NCBI GenBank assembly: GCA_001768735.1
Contig: MEMB01000007.1
Coordinates: 23,612 to 87,611 of the forward strand
DNA: 64,000 nt
Source of the DNA: Alphaproteobacteria bacterium GWF2_58_20
GTDB lineage: Bacteria; Pseudomonadota; Alphaproteobacteria; UBA1247
Direction: 5' to 3'
A program made the translations under genes and the position numbers. Below, in pieces: positions 41,904 to 51,830 of the stretch (positions are counted from its first letter, which is position 1; the number at the start of each line of letters is the position of its first letter). A model generated the notes under the pieces. That model was not told the DNA's origin. It saw only the letters and a list, made by a program, of their open reading frames with translations, and searched no databases.

Positions 41904-44300
41904 ATGAAAGAATTTCAAAGGCGCGGGCGTGATGGGATCGTTTTCCTGTTTGCGGCAGGTGTGGTGATTGCTGTGGGGGCGATGGCCCTTCTCGGACGCA
42001 CGGCATTGGACCAGGCACGCCAGGAAACATCATCCCGCATTGTGACTTCCAAGGACATGTTGCGCATTCAGGATGCGATGCGCCTGTTTGTCAAGCGCAA
42101 CCAGCGCCTGCCTTGCCCGGCTGACGGGGCGGAATCCCTTTATTCGGATAATGGCAGTACGGAACGCTGGACGGCGGGCTACCGGAAATGCACTTTTGCC
42201 AGTGGCCATGACATGAGTTATGGTACCTTGCCGTGGCGGACGCTGGGCCTTCAGCCTGAGGATGCGCTCGACCGTTGGGGCCGACGCATTTCCTATCGCG
42301 CCTATGATGGCGATGGGGCTGGCATTGGCAGTTTGACATACGGGGAAGACATTTCCCCGACCTCCATCAAGCGGGGCATGAATTTCCTGGCGTGTGCCAA
42401 GGAAACCCTGGTGAGGGATCCTTCCCAATCCCCCACCTCCTCATTTAATACAACCATGCCGCCCACCAGCCACTGCGCCCAGGCGGCCATGACCGTTTAT
42501 ACAAATGATCTGGACAATCTTGACTTGTCCCTGCCGGCAACGGATCCCAGCTACGATGCGACCGGCTATGGCTGGCTTTACAACGAATTCCAGCGGCAGG
42601 AACTGATTGTTCCGCAGGTGGGGGGGCATGTCATCATCGGGACGGATGACCTGACCAGTGGAACGGAAGCCAATGATTACCGGCCCGCACTCGGCACCGG
42701 CACCGCCTACATGCTGATCTCGCATGGGGAAAACGGTCGTGGGGCCTGGCAGACATCCGGTGGGCAGAACAAGATGCCGGATTCTACGGATGAAAGCGAA
42801 AACGTGAATGCGAACACGGATTATATCGATCCGGGGTTCCGGGCCATCCACACCCTCAATGGAACGCAGGCGTTTGATGATATTGTGTTGACGGTTTCCG
42901 TTGAAAACCTGGCCAAGGAAGCTGGTCTCTGGATCAGCGATACTTATGATCCGGATGAATGGTCGCAGGCCATGCTGGACTATCTGGAAAGTGGTGGTGG
43001 GCCACAATATTTCGAAGACATGGATTTTGTGTATTTCCGAAAATCGGGTACGGCAAAGTCCGACCAGATCTCCTTCAATGAGAGCACCAGTCCGGAGGAG
43101 AACTTTATTGATTTTGGTTCGCCGACCACCGTGGGAACCAGCAATGACGGAATTGGCAGCGAGGTGATCCTGCGCAATTACCAGAGTGGCTGCGTGTGGC
43201 TGGACTTTCCTTTCCGCTGGACCCGGCAAACCATGAGGGCTTACTGGGAATTCCGGGTTTATGGTGGATCGGATTCGGCTGACGGTTATACCTTTGTCAT
43301 GGTGCCGGGAACAACAGTGACAACACCGGATGATTCGCCGTGCGGCAATTCCAAGGAAGGTGCGCTGTTTAGTTATTCGGATTATGTCAATGGCCTCATA
43401 CCGCCGGATTATGATCCCGCTCCTCCGGGCTATTCCTGGCCACACAAGCCGGTTGGTACCGATCTTGGTGCGATTGGTGCCAAGCCGTCAGATCCCCGCT
43501 ACAGTCCGCTTTATGAAGACAAGTTTCCCCAGCGGAAGATGGGGGTGGAGTTTGACTTTTACGCCTATGGCAATATTCGCAATGACCCGGCGAACAACCA
43601 CATCGCCGTGTTCCGGGAAAACTCCAACATCCATGGCAATCGCCTGTGCAGTGTGAATGCGCCTGGTTCGCCGCCGCAATCCTGCACGAATGACTGGACC
43701 TGGCAGGAAATATGGGGCACCAATCCCACCTGCTCTTTCGTCAGCAGTACGCCAGGGCAGCGCGGATGCGATATCGGCAATAATACCACCTGGATGGAAG
43801 ATCGTGATTATTGCAACATCAGTACGGATTTTTGCTGCATGCCGGGCACGGCAGGGAATAGCTGCAGGCACGATCATCCCAGCTGGGATGCCTGCAATTG
43901 CTGCATGGAGGACGATACTGCCTGCATCAATTATTTCAAAAGCCTGCGTCGTCCGCGTGTGACGCCGGACATCAGCGAATATCCCTACCGGGTGCGCATT
44001 GATGCCGACCGCTATTGCAACAGCAATTGCACGGTGTGCGGCGGCAGTGGCGGAGAATATGTCCATTTCAAATTGTGGACGGATTGCTCCACGGCAGCAT
44101 GTGCAGACATCCATACCCCTGCCAGCGCGTCCTTCGACAGTATTCCCGGCGTCAAGAGGCTGGATTATTGTTTCCGCGATCCGGGGATGGATGATGGCAA
44201 CATCAACCTGTTTGACACAGTCAAGGTCGGCTTTACCTACGGGACGGGTGCCAATATCAGCGGCATGCAGCTCAGCGGATTCAAAGTGGGGTCTGAATGA
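41904..44300 (+). CDS. Large pilin-like protein fused to a Cys-rich legume(L-type)-lectin-like domain
   Basis: PilX-like N-terminus RDG|IVFLFAAGVV; RLPCPADG...LPWRTLGL...DRWGR; lectin motifs ADGYTFV, GVEFDFY, NDPANNHIAV, KVGFTYGTG. Confidence 0.75.
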   Translation: MKEFQRRGRDGIVFLFAAGVVIAVGAMALLGRTALDQARQETSSRIVTSKDMLRIQDAMRLFVKRNQRLPCPADGAESLYSDNGSTERWTAGYRKCTFASGHDMSYGTLPWRTLGLQPEDALDRWGRRISYRAYDGDGAGIGSLTYGEDISPTSIKRGMNFLACAKETLVRDPSQSPTSSFNTTMPPTSHCAQAAMTVYTNDLDNLDLSLPATDPSYDATGYGWLYNEFQRQELIVPQVGGHVIIGTDDLTSGTEANDYRPALGTGTAYMLISHGENGRGAWQTSGGQNKMPDSTDESENVNANTDYIDPGFRAIHTLNGTQAFDDIVLTVSVENLAKEAGLWISDTYDPDEWSQAMLDYLESGGGPQYFEDMDFVYFRKSGTAKSDQISFNESTSPEENFIDFGSPTTVGTSNDGIGSEVILRNYQSGCVWLDFPFRWTRQTMRAYWEFRVYGGSDSADGYTFVMVPGTTVTTPDDSPCGNSKEGALFSYSDYVNGLIPPDYDPAPPGYSWPHKPVGTDLGAIGAKPSDPRYSPLYEDKFPQRKMGVEFDFYAYGNIRNDPANNHIAVFRENSNIHGNRLCSVNAPGSPPQSCTNDWTWQEIWGTNPTCSFVSSTPGQRGCDIGNNTTWMEDRDYCNISTDFCCMPGTAGNSCRHDHPSWDACNCCMEDDTACINYFKSLRRPRVTPDISEYPYRVRIDADRYCNSNCTVCGGSGGEYVHFKLWTDCSTAACADIHTPASASFDSIPGVKRLDYCFRDPGMDDGNINLFDTVKVGFTYGTGANISGMQLSGFKVGSE

Positions 44301-45184
44301 GGATACGTAAACGCAAGGATGCAGGGTTTTCGCTGGTTGAACTGGCGGTGGTGCTCATTATTGTCGGTATCCTGACCGGTATGGGCATTACCAGCCTTTA
44401 TGCCTATATGGAACGGGAAAGCCGGGCCACCACCTTTGTGCGTCTGGATGCTGTTGAACAGGCCTTGTACCTTTATGCGGCCCGCAACAAGCGCCTGCCC
44501 TGTCCGGCAGATGGATCGCTTGCGGAAACCAATGCCAGTGCGGGGATTGAACAGCGCAGCGGCAATGTCTGCACCTCCGGTCTCCAGTACAGCACGGTTC
44601 CGTGGCGGGATCTGGGTCTTGCGCAAGGCGCCAGCTATGACGGCTGGAACCGCAAACTGACCTACCGGGTGTTTTATGATGCCACGGGAACGCCTGCGGG
44701 CCAGCGCGGGCTTGTGCGGCCGGGCGGAATGGACATGTCGCAGTGTGTTGCCAGTGCGGCCGACGATGGTGGGGCCATCACGGATTGTGCATCTGATGGC
44801 AGTACAGCCCCCATTGAGTTCCTGCGCAACAAGGGGTTGACCATACGCACCAATGTTGCACCGGCCGGTTCGGTCATTCGTTCGTCATCCACACCGGAAT
44901 ATGGTGGGGGGGCGGCTTTTGTCCTTGTCAGTCACGGGAAAAACGGCACTGGGGGGTATATCAAGTCGGGTGCCAATCCGGGACGGTCGGAATCCCCGCC
45001 GCTGAGTTCCCTGTCAGGGTATGTGATGGAGCTTGAAAATCTCGATTTTACAACGGATGACATTTACATTGATAGCCGCATGAGTGATGCACAAAATGCC
45101 GTGCCGGCGAATTTTTTCGATGACATCATCCGTGCCCCCAGCATTCACTGGGCGTCCGACAAAGCCAATTTGGGGCCGCAATAA
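44297..45184 (+). CDS. Minor type IV pilin / pseudopilin
   Basis: AG|FSLVELAVVLIIVGIL; RLPCPADG, VPWRDLGL, VLVSHGKNG, FDDII. Confidence 0.85.
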   Translation: MRIRKRKDAGFSLVELAVVLIIVGILTGMGITSLYAYMERESRATTFVRLDAVEQALYLYAARNKRLPCPADGSLAETNASAGIEQRSGNVCTSGLQYSTVPWRDLGLAQGASYDGWNRKLTYRVFYDATGTPAGQRGLVRPGGMDMSQCVASAADDGGAITDCASDGSTAPIEFLRNKGLTIRTNVAPAGSVIRSSSTPEYGGGAAFVLVSHGKNGTGGYIKSGANPGRSESPPLSSLSGYVMELENLDFTTDDIYIDSRMSDAQNAVPANFFDDIIRAPSIHWASDKANLGPQ

Positions 45185-45513
45185 TGAAATGTCTTCTTGC
45201 CATGGTGCTGACGCTCCTGGTTCTGGAATCTGCCCCGGCCGTGGCCCTGGATGCGGGCATGGTCTGGGATGTGGCGCATCGCTGCTTTCGTCAGAAAGAT
45301 GGCGATGGCTCAAGCTGTGGTCTGACATGGCATGTGGATGTGCGGAACTATAGCGGGGACGAGGTAAAAATCACGCCACCGGAAACCGCCAAGGATATAG
45401 GGGCGCGTCTGGATGCCCAGATGGCAACCGAACAGAAACAGGTTGAAACGTTGCAGAAAAATGAAAATGTGGAGAAGGTCCGGGTATTGTTTACCGACGA
45501 AAAAATGCCATGA
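45184..45513 (+). CDS. Hypothetical exported protein
   Basis: TAATG coupling; signal-peptide-like N-terminus. Confidence 0.5.
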   Translation: MKCLLAMVLTLLVLESAPAVALDAGMVWDVAHRCFRQKDGDGSSCGLTWHVDVRNYSGDEVKITPPETAKDIGARLDAQMATEQKQVETLQKNENVEKVRVLFTDEKMP

Positions 45514-45606
45514 GGCGGGATGGGGTTTCGAAGAAAAACAAGAGTGGATTTTTTTACGAATTTGCTTTAGATTTCAAAAGTTGAGCCATGATGGGATTGG
45601 AGACTC

Positions 45607-46971
45607 ATGAGTAGCCTTTTTGATGCCTTGGAAAAGTTGAAAAGAACCGGAAGCCGGGAGGAAACAAATATTTCCTCTCTGGATTATGACCGGCAATCGG
45701 CTGCGTCCATGGCGCTTAACATCACGCCAGAACCCCTCGCGCGCCTGAAATGGCGGCGGCGAATCCTGGTCCTTTTGCTGTTTGTCATTGCCCCCGTGAC
45801 GGTTGCCTATGTGGCGCATGTTTATGATGAAACCCTTCGTCGCCCAGGATCGCCGTCCCTCATGAACCGGATTGTTGCATTTGTCTCCGGAGAAGATGGG
45901 GTAAAGGATTATGTCCGCCAAGGCGTTGATTCGGCCAGAAGTGTCGCTACAGGAGTGGTTGGAAACCTTGACAAGCTGGTGGATCCCTATGGAAACCTGC
46001 CGGTTTCTGATACCTCTGTTCTGGTTCCGAAACCTCCAGCGCCTTCCGCAGCAGATGTTGCCGTGCCGGAGTTTGTTGTCCAGGAAGTTGGCGTCCCTGT
46101 CCAGAAATTGCCCGCGTCTTTCCAGAATGTCACGGCATCCTCCAATGATGGCGCTGCCTCTTCGATGGCGGGACCGTCCCTGAAGCCTCCTGTCCTTCCC
46201 GGCACAGCCAATCTTGACATTGACCGGTTGATTGGGGATCTTGCTCCGGCAGAAGATGGATCCGCTTTCGTGCCCACGATGACCGGGGTGCCTTTGCCGG
46301 ATGCCTATTCTCCCGTTCCGGATCATGTGGAACTGAAGCGCGGAACGGTTCCGGCCATTGGGGGCGAGGATGCTTCCCTTTCCGTTTCCTACCAGAAATC
46401 GATTGCCATGCGCGGTCTTTACGAAAATGCACAGGCGGCACTGGATGCGGGGGACAACCTGCAGGCGATGGATTTGTTCTCCCGGATCCTGGAACGCAAC
46501 CGGGATGATGAAGTGGCGCTCTTTGCGCTTGCGGTTTCGCAGCAAAAAGCGGGCATGCGCAAGGAAGCCATGACCTCTTATGCGCGCCTGCTGTCCTTGG
46601 AACCACAGAACCTTGATGCGCAGGCGAACAGGCTGGTCTTGCTTGGCCAGGAGAATCCCGTTGAAGCCACCGCCCGCCTGGAAATGCTGGTCAAAGGGAA
46701 CCCGGACTTTGTCTCCGGCTGGTCACAGCTTTCCGACCTTTATGCCCAGCAGGGGAATTTTGGGGCCGCCATTGCCGCTCGGCGACAGGTCATGTCCTTG
46801 CGTCCCCAAAGCCTTCCTGACCTTTATAACCTTGCTGTCCTTTATGACCGCAACAATGACCGTGATGCGGCCATATCCGCTTATCGGGCCGTCCTGAGGG
46901 CGGCGGGACGTGGGGGAGACGGATTGCCGCTGACCGAAATCCGCCAGCGTCTTGGCTATTTGGTGCAATAG
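45607..46971 (+). CDS. TPR protein with a TM anchor (MshN/GspB-like)
   Basis: MSSLFDALEKL N-terminus, a TM, a Pro-rich linker and C-terminal TPRs (YNLAVLYDR...AISAYRAVL). Confidence 0.78.
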   Translation: MSSLFDALEKLKRTGSREETNISSLDYDRQSAASMALNITPEPLARLKWRRRILVLLLFVIAPVTVAYVAHVYDETLRRPGSPSLMNRIVAFVSGEDGVKDYVRQGVDSARSVATGVVGNLDKLVDPYGNLPVSDTSVLVPKPPAPSAADVAVPEFVVQEVGVPVQKLPASFQNVTASSNDGAASSMAGPSLKPPVLPGTANLDIDRLIGDLAPAEDGSAFVPTMTGVPLPDAYSPVPDHVELKRGTVPAIGGEDASLSVSYQKSIAMRGLYENAQAALDAGDNLQAMDLFSRILERNRDDEVALFALAVSQQKAGMRKEAMTSYARLLSLEPQNLDAQANRLVLLGQENPVEATARLEMLVKGNPDFVSGWSQLSDLYAQQGNFGAAIAARRQVMSLRPQSLPDLYNLAVLYDRNNDRDAAISAYRAVLRAAGRGGDGLPLTEIRQRLGYLVQ

Positions 46972-47826
46972 ATGCTTTATCTTGATCACTTCCGCCTGAA
47001 ATCCGAGCCTTTTGGCCTGACCCCCAACCGTGCGCTTTATTATCCTGAAAACCATGCCCAGATCCTTGCTGCGCTGATGTATGCGATTGAGCGCGGAGAA
47101 GGGATCGTGAAGGTTGTCGGTGAGGTGGGAACCGGAAAAACCATGCTCTGCCGCCTGCTGTTGCAGGCTTTGGATGATTTTGCCGAAGTGGCCTACATCA
47201 CGGCGCCGCGCACGGATCCCCTGGCCATTGTCAAGAATGTTTGCAAGGATTTCGGAATCAAGGTTTCAGGGCATCAGGATCCGTTTGACCTCCTGTCTCA
47301 GCACCTCATTGATGTGCGCAAAACCGGGCGCAAATCCATCCTCGTGGTAGATGAATCGCAGGCGCTGGGCGCCCGTGGGCTTGAAGCGGTCCGTCTTCTC
47401 ACCAATTATGAAACGGATGATTCCAAACTTTTGCAGGTTGTCCTGTTTGGCCAGCCGGAACTGGATGACCTCCTGCGCCAGCGCGATTTGCGCCAGCTGG
47501 CCCAGCGCATCACCTTCAGCCTTTATACCCGCGCCTTTGACCGGGATGCCGTTGGCCGCTACATCCACCACCGGGTTTCCCTCTGCACCTATGCGGAATC
47601 GCCGCATTACCTGTTTTCCAAGGTGGCTCTTGACATGATTGCCCGGGAAAGCCGTGGGGTGCCGCGTGTCGTCAATATCCTGGCAGATCGTTCCTTGCTG
47701 GCCGCTTATGCCGAAGGGGCCAAACAGGTGCAGCGTCGCCATGTGCGTGTGGCGGTTCAGGAAGGCATGCTGTGGCCCGAGTCTCCGTCCTTCTGGGCCC
47801 GCATGGTGGAAGCCATCCTGCCCTGA
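46972..47826 (+). CDS. ExeA/MshM family AAA ATPase
   Basis: YLDHFRLKSEPF.LTPN, GEVGTGKTMLCR, VVDESQ, VLFGQPEL, SRGVPRVVNILAD. Confidence 0.9.
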   Translation: MLYLDHFRLKSEPFGLTPNRALYYPENHAQILAALMYAIERGEGIVKVVGEVGTGKTMLCRLLLQALDDFAEVAYITAPRTDPLAIVKNVCKDFGIKVSGHQDPFDLLSQHLIDVRKTGRKSILVVDESQALGARGLEAVRLLTNYETDDSKLLQVVLFGQPELDDLLRQRDLRQLAQRITFSLYTRAFDRDAVGRYIHHRVSLCTYAESPHYLFSKVALDMIARESRGVPRVVNILADRSLLAAYAEGAKQVQRRHVRVAVQEGMLWPESPSFWARMVEAILP

Positions 47827-47859
47827 CGGGGAATTTCCCCTTGCTCTGGAGGTAAACCC

Positions 47860-48972
47860 GTGTTTGCACTTAATGACATCCTGCGTGAAGCGGTTCGGCA
47901 AAAGGCATCGGATATCCATCTTTCCAGTGGAAATCCGCCGATCCTGAGACTGGATGGCTTGCTTTCACCAATGCCCGGCGTGTTGGCGCGAACAGATGTC
48001 ATGCAGGCGCTCAAGGAAGTGGCGACGACACAACAGCTGGAAGATTTTGAAGGTAAGGGCGAGATTGACTTTTCCTTCGATTTTGACGGCCTGATGCGGT
48101 TCCGCGTGAATGCGTTTGAGACGCTGGAAGGCCCGGCCATGGTCATGCGGCTCATCCCCATGTCTCCGCCGACATTGCAGCAGATTGGTGCTCCGGCTGT
48201 CCTCAAGCAGATGGCGCATTTGCGAAAAGGGCTGGTGCTGGTGACAGGCCCAACGGGGTCGGGAAAATCCACCACGCTGGCCGCGATGATCAACTACATC
48301 AATGATGTCCTGCCCAGCCATATCCTCACGATCGAAGACCCCATAGAATACATTCACAAAAGCCGGCGTGCGCTGATCAACCAGCGGGAAGTGGGCCGGC
48401 ATTCCAGTTCTTTCCATAATGCGCTGCGTGGGGCATTGCGTGAGGATCCCAACGTGATCCTTGTCGGAGAAATGCGGGATCTTGAAACCATTTCGCTGGC
48501 GCTTACGGCTGCGGAAACCGGACATCTTGTGTTTGCCACCCTGCATACATCATCGGCTGCCAAGGCGGTGGATCGCATCATTGACGTTTTCTCGGCCAAT
48601 GAAAAGGCGCTGATGCGTACCATGGTGGCCAGTTCCCTGCAGGCGGTGGTCGCGCAGACACTTCTGCCAAGGGCAGGCGGTGGGCGCGTGGCGGCTTTCG
48701 AGGTGCTGGTTGCCAATCAGGCGGTGCGCAACCTCATTCGTGAAAACAAGATTTTCCAGATGGAAAGCATGATCCAGCTGGGGGCCAAGCATGGCATGCA
48801 GGGCATGAAGGAATCCATTCAGGAGCTGGTATCTTCCGGACAGGTGCGGGTTGAGGATGCCGAGGATCTCCTGCACGAGATAGAAGCTGACAAGAACGCC
48901 GGAGATGACGCCGGGGGCCGTGCGGGCGGATTGCATCAGCATCATCCAATGTCTGGGATGCCGCATCGCTAG
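47860..48972 (+). CDS. pilT: Type IV pilus retraction ATPase PilT
   Basis: ASDIHL, GPTGSGKSTT, TIEDPIE, LREDPNVILVGEMRD, AETGHLVFATLHT, AVRNLIRE. Confidence 0.95.
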   Translation: MFALNDILREAVRQKASDIHLSSGNPPILRLDGLLSPMPGVLARTDVMQALKEVATTQQLEDFEGKGEIDFSFDFDGLMRFRVNAFETLEGPAMVMRLIPMSPPTLQQIGAPAVLKQMAHLRKGLVLVTGPTGSGKSTTLAAMINYINDVLPSHILTIEDPIEYIHKSRRALINQREVGRHSSSFHNALRGALREDPNVILVGEMRDLETISLALTAAETGHLVFATLHTSSAAKAVDRIIDVFSANEKALMRTMVASSLQAVVAQTLLPRAGGGRVAAFEVLVANQAVRNLIRENKIFQMESMIQLGAKHGMQGMKESIQELVSSGQVRVEDAEDLLHEIEADKNAGDDAGGRAGGLHQHHPMSGMPHR

Positions 48973-49068
48973 AGCCTTGAGCGTTCATCTTGAATACCCC
49001 TGTTGCCTTGCGGCGGACTCATCCCAAGATCAACAGGAATTGTTCCATCCAAATGTTAAAGGCTTCAG
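48969..49068. mobile_element. Internally deleted copy of the CTAG-ended palindromic MITE-like element
   Basis: Shares CGTTCATCTTGAATACCCCTGTTGCCTT and CATCCCAAGATCAACAGG with 63595-63761; its CTAG supplies the pilT stop codon. Confidence 0.75.
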
Positions 49069-49132
49069 CGCTTCCGTTTTTCACATTTACGGGATTGACA
49101 GCCTTGCGATCATGCATGTTATGCTGATGGCC

Positions 49133-49198
49133 ATGAACATGCATTCAGCAATATCCCTTGCCGGTTTCGGCATGGCGAAGATCTGGTGGGCCTTCTAA
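49133..49198 (+). CDS. Trp leader peptide (TrpL-like) MNMHSAISLAGFGMAKIWWAF
   Basis: Tandem TGG TGG codons just before the stop, upstream of trpB and a terminator; start codon uncertain (49121, 49133 or 49172). Confidence 0.65.
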   Translation: MNMHSAISLAGFGMAKIWWAF

Positions 49199-49266
49199 CA
49201 GGCTCGCTGCTTTTGGACGTGTGTACGAATGGCTGCGGGAGATAAAAATTCCGCAGTCTTTTTTTA
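49184..49266 (+). promoter_or_regulatory. Transcription attenuator of trpB
   Basis: Hairpin GGTGGGCCT-TCTAAC-AGGCTCGCT overlaps the Trp codons; terminator GGCTGCGGGA...TTCCGCAGTC plus a T tract at 49231-49266. Confidence 0.7.
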
Positions 49267-49289
49267 TTTAAAATCAAAGGGAGGTCAGG

Positions 49290-50489
49290 ATGATGTCCGG
49301 AAAGAAAGAACAGGTTGAACATGGGTATTTTGGCGCCTACGGGGGGAAATTTGTTCCCGATGCGTTGGCTTCCCTGCTGGAGGGCCTGGGGCAGGTTTTC
49401 ACCGGAGCCATTGCAGAGGACTCCTTTCGGGAGGAACTGCAGGAGCTGCTGAAAGATTATGTCGGACGGCCATCCGCCCTGACCGAATGCCGCAATTTGT
49501 CTGAAGAATGTGGCGGGGGACGCCTTTTCCTGAAAAGGGAAGACCTCAACCATACAGGGGCACATAAAATCAACAATGCCCTTGGCCAGGCATTGTTGGC
49601 AAAACGGATGGGCAAGAAACGTCTGATTGCGGAAACCGGGGCGGGCATGCATGGCACAGCCACCGCAACGGTTGCTGCGCTCATGGGGATGGAATGCGTT
49701 GTGTATATGGGCGCTGTGGATGTGGCCCGGCAGGCGCCCAATGTGGCCCGGATGCGTGTTCTGGGAGCCAGGGTGGTTGCGGTTCATGATGGGCAGGGAA
49801 CCTTGAAGGAAGCGGTGGATGCTGCCTTGCAGGCATTCATTCAGGATCCGGAAGCCTTTTACCTGTTGGGTTCGGCGGTTGGTCCTGCGCCTTATCCAGA
49901 GATTGTCCGGTATTTTCAGAGTGTCATTGGAAGCGAGGCGCGGGCCGAAATCCTGCGACGGGAAGGGCGTCTTCCCGATGAGGTGGTGGCGTGTGTGGGC
50001 GGGGGCAGCAATGCCATTGGGTTGTTTTCCGCCTTCATGGATGATCCGGGGGTTGTCATGACAGGGGTTGAACCTGCCGGGAAAGGGCTCCAGTTTGGGC
50101 TTGGCGCACATGCGGCGACACTTTCAGCGGGTGCGCCCGGCATCATTCATGGTTTCCGGACGTATGTTCTTTCCGATGCGGACGGTAATCCTGCGCCCGT
50201 TCATTCTGTGGCTCCGGGGCTGGATTATCCCGGCGTCGGGCCGGAACATGCGTACCTCAAGGATATTGGGCGGGCGCAGTATGTTTCCGTTACGGATGCC
50301 GAGGCGCTGGCGGCTTTTTCACGCTTGTGCCGGAAGGAAGGGATCATCCCTGCGCTGGAGAGTGCGCATGCGCTGGCATATGCCCTGAAAGTGCTGCCGG
50401 AAATGAAAAAGGACCAGATTCTGCTTGTGAACCTTTCCGGTCGTGGCGACAAGGACCTGGAAACGGTACTGCCCATGCTGGGTCTCTGA
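49290..50489 (+). CDS. trpB: Tryptophan synthase beta chain (no adjacent trpA)
   Basis: GYFGAYGG.FVP, KREDLNHTGAHKINN (PLP Lys), AETGAGMHG, CVGGGSNA, GLDYPGVGPEH, NLSGRGDKD. Confidence 0.96.
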   Translation: MMSGKKEQVEHGYFGAYGGKFVPDALASLLEGLGQVFTGAIAEDSFREELQELLKDYVGRPSALTECRNLSEECGGGRLFLKREDLNHTGAHKINNALGQALLAKRMGKKRLIAETGAGMHGTATATVAALMGMECVVYMGAVDVARQAPNVARMRVLGARVVAVHDGQGTLKEAVDAALQAFIQDPEAFYLLGSAVGPAPYPEIVRYFQSVIGSEARAEILRREGRLPDEVVACVGGGSNAIGLFSAFMDDPGVVMTGVEPAGKGLQFGLGAHAATLSAGAPGIIHGFRTYVLSDADGNPAPVHSVAPGLDYPGVGPEHAYLKDIGRAQYVSVTDAEALAAFSRLCRKEGIIPALESAHALAYALKVLPEMKKDQILLVNLSGRGDKDLETVLPMLGL

Positions 50490-50544
50490 AAAAGAAGGGG
50501 TGGGGCACGACAGGAGAAGATGGCGCGCTGCCCCATCCGCCGTT

Positions 50545-51270
50545 TCACTCCGGCGTTTTTTCCGAGATGACCTTGAGAAAGGCGCGTTCCAGCGTGGGTT
50601 CCCCATGCATGGTGCGCAATTCATGCGGACTGCCAACATAACGGATGCAGCCTTCGTGCAGAACGGCAATGCGGTCGCAGAGTTCTTCCATGTCCGCAAG
50701 AATATGGGAGCTGAAAAAAATGCTGTGGCCGGCATTTCGATAGCTGGTGAGGGCATCCTTGAGACCAATGCGGACCAAGGGATCAAGGCCACTCATGGGT
50801 TCGTCAAGAATGAGGAGAGGCCGTTTGGTCATCAGGGTGCCGATGAGGCCGATTTTCTGTCCCATTCCCTTGGAGAACGTGGTGATCTTGCGGGAAAGGG
50901 CCGTCTCATCCAGTCCCATCTTGTGTGCAAGGGTGATGGCGGCATCACGGTCGAGTGGCAGATGGTAATAGGCAAGGGTCAGCTGCAGGAATTCCCAGCC
51001 CCGCAAGTGGAGGGATGGCAGAAACTGTTCAGGCAGGAAAGCAAGGTTTTCCCGGCTCTTCTGATCTTCTGCGCTGTGGGAAAAGACGGAGATTTTTCCG
51101 GAATCAATGGCGTGGAGACCTGTCAGGGTTTTGATCAGGGTGGTTTTCCCTGCACCATTCAAGCCAACCAGGCCAAAAATTTCTCCGGGCATCACCGCAA
51201 GGTTGACATCATGCAGGATGCGTTTGCGGCCATAACCAGCCACAACATTTTCCATGGACAGGATGCTCAT
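50545..51270 (-). CDS. ABC transporter ATP-binding protein (PilH-like)
   Basis: GLNGAGKTT, FSKGMGQK, LDEPMSGLDP, SSH; last gene of the pilB/pilC operon. Confidence 0.9.
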   Translation of the reverse strand: MSILSMENVVAGYGRKRILHDVNLAVMPGEIFGLVGLNGAGKTTLIKTLTGLHAIDSGKISVFSHSAEDQKSRENLAFLPEQFLPSLHLRGWEFLQLTLAYYHLPLDRDAAITLAHKMGLDETALSRKITTFSKGMGQKIGLIGTLMTKRPLLILDEPMSGLDPLVRIGLKDALTSYRNAGHSIFFSSHILADMEELCDRIAVLHEGCIRYVGSPHELRTMHGEPTLERAFLKVISEKTPE

Positions 51271-51830
51271 GGGGTGGGAGCCCCTGCTGTCGTTGTGTCT
51301 GCGGCGGCGCGGGCATCACCATCCACGATGGCGTCCTGATCGGGCAGGAAAGTCTGCCGGGGCCGCAGGACAAAATGATAGATGCCACGGTACATCACGG
51401 GCTTCCAGATCAGTTCCACGCCATGGCGGTTGATGGATACGATTTCAAATTCCCCAATGGGATGGCCGCTGCGCAGACGGGTGTCATTAAGCCAAAGGCT
51501 CCAGGTTTCCGGGCCTTCATAAGACATCCCGGCCAGGAAAAGGGGCGGAGGGAGCTGAAGCTCGCCTGGAGCCAGCGGTTTTCCCTCTTCCGACATCGAT
51601 CCTGCGGGTTCAGTGTAGAGATCCGGGCTCAGGGCATGGTTGATGGCCTGGCGTTCCTGTTCCGTGAACATGAAGTGAAGTCCGGCAAGGGGAACAACCT
51701 GCGGGAAAACGATTTCACTGTTGCCATGCCGCTGCGCATTTTCCATCAGCTGCTCATCAAGGGTTTGCTGGGCGAAAGCGGAACTTGTGGCCAGCAGGGC
51801 TGCCATGGGCAGGAGGAATTTCCGTGTCAT
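51267..51830 (-). CDS. Hypothetical exported pilus-assembly protein (PilP/MshK-like position)
   Basis: Signal peptide; ATGA coupling; LFLAGM.Y....WSLWLN beta domain. Confidence 0.6.
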   Translation of the reverse strand: MTRKFLLPMAALLATSSAFAQQTLDEQLMENAQRHGNSEIVFPQVVPLAGLHFMFTEQERQAINHALSPDLYTEPAGSMSEEGKPLAPGELQLPPPLFLAGMSYEGPETWSLWLNDTRLRSGHPIGEFEIVSINRHGVELIWKPVMYRGIYHFVLRPRQTFLPDQDAIVDGDARAAADTTTAGAPTP

